A stretch of DNA of 32,000 nt. Source: an uncultured Chloroflexia bacterium (GTDB lineage: Bacteria > Chloroflexota > Ktedonobacteria > Ktedonobacterales > JADMIN01). The translations under genes and the position numbers were made by a program. The notes beneath the pieces are model-generated. The model searched no databases and had not been told where the DNA came from. It saw only the letters and a program-made list of their open reading frames with translations. The stretch covers positions 690,001-722,000 of the forward strand of contig CAVRAI010000015.1 in NCBI GenBank assembly GCA_963718915.1. Direction: 5' to 3'. Positions 26,657 through 32,000 of the stretch are shown here, piece after piece (the stretch's first letter is position 1; each line of letters opens with the position of its first letter).

Positions 26657-28732
26657 ATGAGCGACTCTGGTTCGCACGCCGCACAGACCGGGATTCCTGA
26701 GATCACCATTGGCACACGCATCACCAATTACGGAGGTGTCGACATTATCGTGTCGGGGATGGCCTCAGGCGGGATGGGGCTGGTCGCCTGGGGGCCCAAC
26801 CACGCTCGTGGTGGTCAGATGGAGGCGGTCAAACTGCCCAAACCCGACCGATTGGCCGCCGCCTCCCGTGCGCAACGCGCCGCGATTCTGGCGGACTTCG
26901 AGCGCGAGGCGCTGACCTGGTGTCACCTCTGGTATCACCCTTGCATCGTCGCTTCCGAAGGTCTGTTACGATTGAACGCGCTGGGGGATCTGCTTGCCAT
27001 CTTTCTTCAGTATGCGCCTGAAGGCTCGCTGCGCGACCGACTGAACATCGTCCATCATCCAGATAGCACGCAGGTGCTGGGGCTGCAAGCGGTCTTTGCC
27101 TGGGGGCAGATGATCGCCGCTGCGCTGGCCGCCATCCACCAGCCCACTCCTGATCTCGAACGGCCCGAACCACTGGTACACTGTGATCTCAAACCCGAGA
27201 ACGTGCTGCTGAGCGCGAAGGGATGGGCGATGCTCACTGACCTGGGCCTCACCCGCGCGCTCGCCTCCCTCGCCGACCCCGATCCCCAGGCGTCCCCCGT
27301 TGCCACATCCCCGTCTGCTGGCGGCAGCAACGCAAGCAGGATGAGTGGGATGAGTGAGATGGATGGCGCCCATGGGTTGAGCGTAGAACAGCAGGCGCAG
27401 GTGGCGCAGATGCGGCGCTTATTGGCCCAGGCAGGAGTCGCCCTGCCCCCGAACGTGACGGCGCCCGCGGCCCCCACACTGCCGGATGGAGCACTCTACG
27501 GCACGCGCACCATCTGTGTCTCGCCTGCCCAGCAAGCGGCTCTTGCGGCTTCGTTGACATCCCGTGCGGCGATGGATCAGCCCAACGCACCCGCGCTTTC
27601 CCCCAGCGCGACGGCGATGATGGCCCAGATGGGCAGCCGTGGGCCGGTTTCGGGCACCCTGCCTTACATGCCCCCGGAGCAGTGGCTCGGCCTGGATGCG
27701 GTGGAACCGGCGAGCGATGTCTATGCGCTAGGGGTACTGCTCTTCGAGCTCTTCGCTGGCGTTGGTGGGCGTGCGGGCTATCCCCACACACCGGACCCGT
27801 TGCTGGTACTGACGGCAGGACCGTTCGCCGCGTGGTGCGCCGCGCATGCGAGTGGGCCAAGTCGGCGTCTCTCCGATGCAGAGGTGCGCGCGCTGAGTGA
27901 TGGGCCTTTGCTCAAGCTGATGCAGGATGGACAGCAGGCGCAGGCGGACGAGGTGCTCGCGGGGCTGGATGCCTTGATTGGCGACTGTCTGGCATTCGCA
28001 CCCACAGCCCGTCCGACGGCGCAGCGGGTGCGGGACCGGTTAGCGGCGCTGGCCGAGCAGGCAGGCCTGGAGCCACTGACCATCTCCGAACCCACCCGTA
28101 CGGCTGAGAGTGAAGCGATCTTCTGGGGCAATCTGGGTGTCACCTATGGTGAGATGGGCCAGTATGAGGAAAAACTGCGCTTGCTGCGTAAGGCGGTGGA
28201 TCTCATGCCTGACAATCCCCAACGGCGTGAGACGCTGGGCAACGCATTCAACGAGTTGGCCTGGACTGAGCAGAAGGCAGCGCGGGCAGCAGACGCACAG
28301 GGAGACCATGCCAGGACTCAGGCGCTCGATGCGCAGTCGCATGCTCACCTGGAGGAGGCGGTGCGTACCTTCCAGGGTGCGGAGGCGCTGTTGACTCCTG
28401 AGCAATTGGCGCGCTACCCGCATCTCGCGAATTCGATCTCATTCAACCTGGGTGGCGCGTTCGGCGATCTGAGGCGTTACGCCGAGGCGATAGTGGCGAC
28501 TGAACGGGCGCTGGCTGCCGATCCCAACGATGCCATGTCCTATCGTCAGTTGGCGCTGATCTACCTCCGCTGGTCGCGCGTGGACGGAACTCCCGCTACC
28601 ACACAGGTTGAGCGGTTAGAACAGTCCGAGGCGAACATGCGCCATGTGCTCGAAATTGCCCCTTATTATGGTAGTGGGCAGGAGTTGCTTGAGACCATCC
28701 AGCGCGAACTGGCCGAGGCACGCCGTCGATAA
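26657..28732 (+). CDS. Ser/Thr protein kinase (non-RD) with TPR domain; paralog 6
   Basis: Start set at ATG 26657 (MSDSGSHAAQTGIPEITIG..), preceded by AAAGGGGAG. The upstream part of the 26474 ORF overlaps the pseudogene tail and is not homologous to any paralog N-terminus. It has the full kinase and TPR motif set. Confidence 0.85.
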   Translation: MSDSGSHAAQTGIPEITIGTRITNYGGVDIIVSGMASGGMGLVAWGPNHARGGQMEAVKLPKPDRLAAASRAQRAAILADFEREALTWCHLWYHPCIVASEGLLRLNALGDLLAIFLQYAPEGSLRDRLNIVHHPDSTQVLGLQAVFAWGQMIAAALAAIHQPTPDLERPEPLVHCDLKPENVLLSAKGWAMLTDLGLTRALASLADPDPQASPVATSPSAGGSNASRMSGMSEMDGAHGLSVEQQAQVAQMRRLLAQAGVALPPNVTAPAAPTLPDGALYGTRTICVSPAQQAALAASLTSRAAMDQPNAPALSPSATAMMAQMGSRGPVSGTLPYMPPEQWLGLDAVEPASDVYALGVLLFELFAGVGGRAGYPHTPDPLLVLTAGPFAAWCAAHASGPSRRLSDAEVRALSDGPLLKLMQDGQQAQADEVLAGLDALIGDCLAFAPTARPTAQRVRDRLAALAEQAGLEPLTISEPTRTAESEAIFWGNLGVTYGEMGQYEEKLRLLRKAVDLMPDNPQRRETLGNAFNELAWTEQKAARAADAQGDHARTQALDAQSHAHLEEAVRTFQGAEALLTPEQLARYPHLANSISFNLGGAFGDLRRYAEAIVATERALAADPNDAMSYRQLALIYLRWSRVDGTPATTQVERLEQSEANMRHVLEIAPYYGSGQELLETIQRELAEARRR

Positions 28733-28763
28733 GCGCGATTTCGAACGCGAGACAGACGACAGA

Positions 28764-28798
28764 CGAGAGACGAGAGACGAGAGACGAGAGACGAGAGA
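28764..28798. repeat. heptanucleotide tandem repeat (CGAGAGA) x5 in the leader of kinase paralog 7
   Basis: Five perfect copies read directly at 28764-28798, with degenerate copies from about 28748. The equivalent leaders of paralogs 5 and 6 carry only single degenerate GA-rich versions. Confidence 0.9.
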
Positions 28799-28820
28799 GG
28801 ATAAAGAGGAGCCTACCACT

Positions 28821-30879
28821 ATGAGCGACTCTGGTTCGCACGCCGCACACAGCGAGTTACCCGAGATCACCATTGGCACGCGCATCACCAACTTTGGCGC
28901 TTACGATATTACGGTGTAGTGGGATGGCCTCGGGCGGGATGGGGCTGGTCGCCTGGGGGCCCAACCGCGCTCGTGGGGGCCAGATGCTAGCTGTCAAACT
29001 GCCTAAACCCGATCGGTTGGCCGCCGCCGACCCGAAGAAGCGCGCCGCGATCCTGGCGGACTTTGAGCAAGAGGCGCTGACCTGGTGTCACCTCTGGGCG
29101 CATCCCTGTATCATCTCCGCTGATAGCTTGCTGCGGTTGCGCGCGCTGGGGGATCTGCCTGCTATCTTTCTCGAGTATGCGTCCGAAGGCTCGTTGCGCG
29201 ACCGACTGAACATCGTCCATCATCCAGATAGCACGCAGGTACTGGGACTGGAAGCGGTCTTCACCTGGGGGCAGATGATCGCCGTGGCGCTGGCCGCCAT
29301 TCACCAGCCCGCTCCTGATCTTGAACGGCCTGAACCGCTGGTACATTGCGACCTCAAACCGGAGAATGTGCTAGTCGATGCCCAGGGCTGGGCGATGCTG
29401 ACCGATCTGGGCCTCACCCGCGCGCTCGCCTCTCTCGCTTCTTTCGACGAGACCGCGTCCCAGGCGCCCACCGTTGCCTCACCCGCGCTCGATAGTAGCA
29501 ATGGCGCGAATGGAATAACTGGGATGACTGGCGCGGGCGCATTAACTGCGGAACAGCAGGCGCAGGTGGCGCAGATGCGGCGCTTATTGGCCCAGGCGGG
29601 AGTCGCCCTGCCCCCGAACGCGACGGCGCCCGCAGCCCCCACACTGCCCGATGGAGCACTCTACGGCACGCGCACCATCTGTGTCTCGCCCGCGCAGCAA
29701 GCGGCTCTTGTGCACGTCTCGTCTGCGCTCCCCGCCTTGCCGCCCACTGCAACCGCAGTGATTGCCCGGATGGGCAGCCGTGGGCAGGTGGCGGGCACGC
29801 CACAGTACATGCCCCCCGAACAGTGGCTCGGGTTGGAGGCGGTGGAACCGGCGAGCGATGTCTATGCGCTGGGGGTGCTGCTCTTCGAGTTCTTCGCTGG
29901 GGTGGGAGGGCGCTCAGGCTATCCGCACACACCAGACCCGTTGCTCGTTTTGACAGTTGGGCCGTTCGCCGCGTGGTGCGCCGCGCATGCGAGTGGGCCG
30001 AGTCGGCGTCTCTCCGCTCCCGAAGTGGCGGCGCTGAGTGATGGGCCGTTGGTGAAGCTGCGACAAGACGGGCAGCAGGCGCTGGCGGAGGAGGTGCTCG
30101 CGGGGTTGGATGCCTTGATTGGCGACTGTCTGGCATTCGCGCCCACGGCGCGCCCGACGGCGCAGCGGGTGCGGGAGCGGTTAGCGGCGCTGGCCGAGCA
30201 GGCAGGCCTGGAGCCACTGACTATCCCGGTGTATCCACATACCGACGAGAGTAAGGCAATCTTCTGGGGCAACCTGGGCATCACCTATGGTGAGATGGGG
30301 CAGCATGAGGAGCAGTTGCGCCTGCTGCGGAAGTCGATCACGCTCACGCCTGACAATCCCCAACGGCTTGAGACGCTGGGCAATGCTCTGGGCAAGGTGG
30401 CTCAGGTCGAGCAGCACGCGGCAGAGGAGGCTGTTAAGCAAGGAGACCATGCCAGGGCGCAGGCGCTTGCTGCACAGGCACGCTCACGCCTGGAGGAGGC
30501 GGTGGGCGTTTTCCAGGAGGCGGAGGCGCTGCTGACCCCGGAATGGCTGGCGCGCTACTCGCATCTCGCGAAGTCGATCCCATTCAATCTGGGCGCCGCG
30601 CTCGGTGATCTGCAACGCTATGCCGAATCTTTGGATGCCACTCGACGCGGGCTGGAGGTCGATCTGACCGATGCCATGTCGTATCGCCAATTGGGAGTAC
30701 TTTACTGGCGCTGGTCGCGCGTGGACGGAACTCCCGCTGCCACACAGGTTGAGCGGTTGGAACAGTCCGAGGCGCATATTCAGCAGGCGCTTGAGATTGC
30801 CCCCCTCTACGGCGGTGGGCAAGAGTTACTCGCCTTCATCCAGCGTGAATTGGCCACAGCACGGCATAATCTCGAGTAA
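28821..30879 (+). pseudogene. kinase-TPR paralog 7 with a single N-terminal frameshift and in-frame TAG; otherwise intact
   Basis: ATG 28821 (MSDSGSHAAHSELPEITIGTRITNFGAYDITV) runs into TAG 28917-28919. Here gtgtagtgggatgg replaces the gtgtcggggatgg of paralog 6, a 1-nt insertion. The remaining roughly 650 codons are open in frame 1 with all kinase and TPR motifs. A restart at ATG 28924 (MASGGMGLV..) is conceivable. Confidence 0.7.
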
Positions 30880-31113
30880 CGCCTGTTTTACACGCTTCTG
30901 CATTCCTACCCGCGCCAAAGAAATAAGCAGCGGAGCTTTCGCAATTCATCTCTTGATGGCTGTGCTGTCCAGCTATGACGCGAGCGACCGATGACGTCAG
31001 CGACCGGTCATGTTATACTGGGCGCTGCCTGGGAGAAGTATCCGATGCCAGAACCACCGGAGTGAGTTCCCAGCATCAGGAGGCGAGAACAAGCTGGGAA
31101 GGGATGCACTACT

Positions 31114-32000
31114 GTGCAGCATCTGACGATCCGCGTGGTCTGGCACGATAACAGGTGGAATGGACGGATTTGTAACGCGCCATCGCTCAATGGCTATTGT
31201 CTGGCGCAGGAGCGTATACGTAAGGATCGCGATGACGCGAAAGAGGATCGGCTGGCGGGGCGTTCATGGCGGAGCCTCAGGCGCGGCGAGTTGCCCCCAT
31301 GTGTAGCTGAATCCGGCGGCTTCATGAGCGACAACGAATGGGTACGCTCATTTGATCCACCGTTCCAGAACACCTTACCAGCAACCCATGGCGCTCTGCG
31401 CAAGACGACCATGCGCGTCGAGCCGTATACCGCGCTTGCCGTTCCCTTTCGCTGGATGCTACGCGAGCATCAGCGACGGATTGATGATAGGCTGCCAGAG
31501 CCACTCCCCGCCGACGAAACACCGCCACTCCACACGTCATGGGTGTTCAACCGCATCAGACAGGAAGCGATTGGCAGCCAGTTCTTCGGGCAACTCACAC
31601 CGGAGCAGTCACTGGTCTTCTTCTATTGCAAAGAGGGTCAACCCCTTGGCGACAGCATCTCGCGGCTGGTCGTCGGCGTTGGACGCATCCAGGCTATCGG
31701 GCTACAGAGCTACTATGATAGCGACGGTGAAGTGAGCTATCCAATCTGGGACCGCAAAATTCACCATACCATCCGGCCTGATGACGACGATGGGTTTCTG
31801 TTGCCCTATCACGACTACCTCACGCCTACTGGTGATCCCGACGAGGATCTGCGCCGCCGCAGCCTGCTGGAAACAATCGCCATCGCGGTTGACCCTGCGC
31901 ACATCCCGGCGTTCTCGTACTCGGCGGAACTGGCTTCATCCGATGTCGCCCTCGCGACGCTGATGCGCTGCCTGGATGCTGTTCGCCTTATTCGCATGCA
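31114..32000 (+). CDS. hypothetical protein, 3' end beyond the window
   Basis: My own translation; the ORF is missing from the track because it has no stop in the window. GTG 31114 is the first start after the in-frame TGA at 31063, and GGGAAGGGA lies upstream. The product begins VQHLTIRVVWHDNRWNGRICNAPSLNGYCLAQERIRKDRDDAKEDRL...SLVFFYCKEGQPLGDSISRLVVGVGRIQAIG... and stays open to base 32000. Its amino-acid composition looks like real protein. Confidence 0.6.
   Translation, partial: MQHLTIRVVWHDNRWNGRICNAPSLNGYCLAQERIRKDRDDAKEDRLAGRSWRSLRRGELPPCVAESGGFMSDNEWVRSFDPPFQNTLPATHGALRKTTMRVEPYTALAVPFRWMLREHQRRIDDRLPEPLPADETPPLHTSWVFNRIRQEAIGSQFFGQLTPEQSLVFFYCKEGQPLGDSISRLVVGVGRIQAIGLQSYYDSDGEVSYPIWDRKIHHTIRPDDDDGFLLPYHDYLTPTGDPDEDLRRRSLLETIAIAVDPAHIPAFSYSAELASSDVALATLMRCLDAVRLIRM

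Noticed and set aside
6434-30879. Diversity-generating retroelement as the source of kinase-paralog variation
   Set aside because: The window has no reverse transcriptase ORF and no template/variable repeat pair. The differences I compared between copies involve all base types and indels rather than adenine-specific changes. Recombination fits better.
4493-31113. Calling the island a mobile element
   Set aside because: I could not identify an integrase, transposase, terminal inverted repeats or an att-like repeat of the tRNA 3' end. Only the tRNA adjacency and the compositional break are observed.

Overview
All domain calls below come from reading motifs in the translations; no database search was run.

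This is a high-GC bacterial window. The gene content hints at a filamentous or multicellular-type lineage such as Chloroflexota or Actinomycetota, but that is only a guess.

**Bases 1-4200: ordinary core DNA.**
- the 3' end of a thiolase gene
- a GAF/PAS class III nucleotide cyclase
- a roughly 270 bp imperfect palindrome between two convergent genes
- a minus-strand nitronate-monooxygenase/FabK-like gene

**Boundary.** A tRNA-Leu(UAA) sits at 4408-4492. It is followed by a visibly AT-richer, gene-poor stretch.

**Bases 5334-30879: a roughly 26 kb block with every gene on the + strand.** Eight copies of one gene family dominate it. Each copy encodes a Hanks-type Ser/Thr kinase with a non-RD catalytic loop (HCDLKPEN, DLG), a roughly 110-residue insertion in the activation segment, and a C-terminal TPR domain.
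- five copies are intact
- one has a single N-terminal frameshift
- one has at least six frameshifts
- one is a truncated stub at a tandem-duplication junction

The copies are mosaics of one another, with identical tracts up to 202 bp.

**Genes embedded among the kinases:**
- an orphan protein with Clp_N-like repeats
- a helical repeat protein whose 5' end appears frameshifted at a C5 run
- an FHA (phosphothreonine-reader) protein
- a tightly spaced four-gene set: an ECF-like sigma factor, a double-HxxxCxxC anti-sigma-like protein, a CHAT caspase-like protease fused to a degenerate Clp N-domain/NBD1 module, and a complete two-ring ClpA/ClpC-like AAA+ unfoldase that keeps an LGF docking tripeptide

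**Other repeats and the window end.** Short tandem repeats (5-mer and 7-mer units) sit exactly at three gene boundaries. The window ends inside an unrecognised ORF starting at 31114.

**Main hypothesis (inference).** This is a phosphorylation-coupled CHAT/AAA+ proteolytic system served by a rapidly turning-over kinase-TPR sensor repertoire, possibly a conflict or defence island.

I found no CRISPR array, reverse transcriptase, integrase or transposase.
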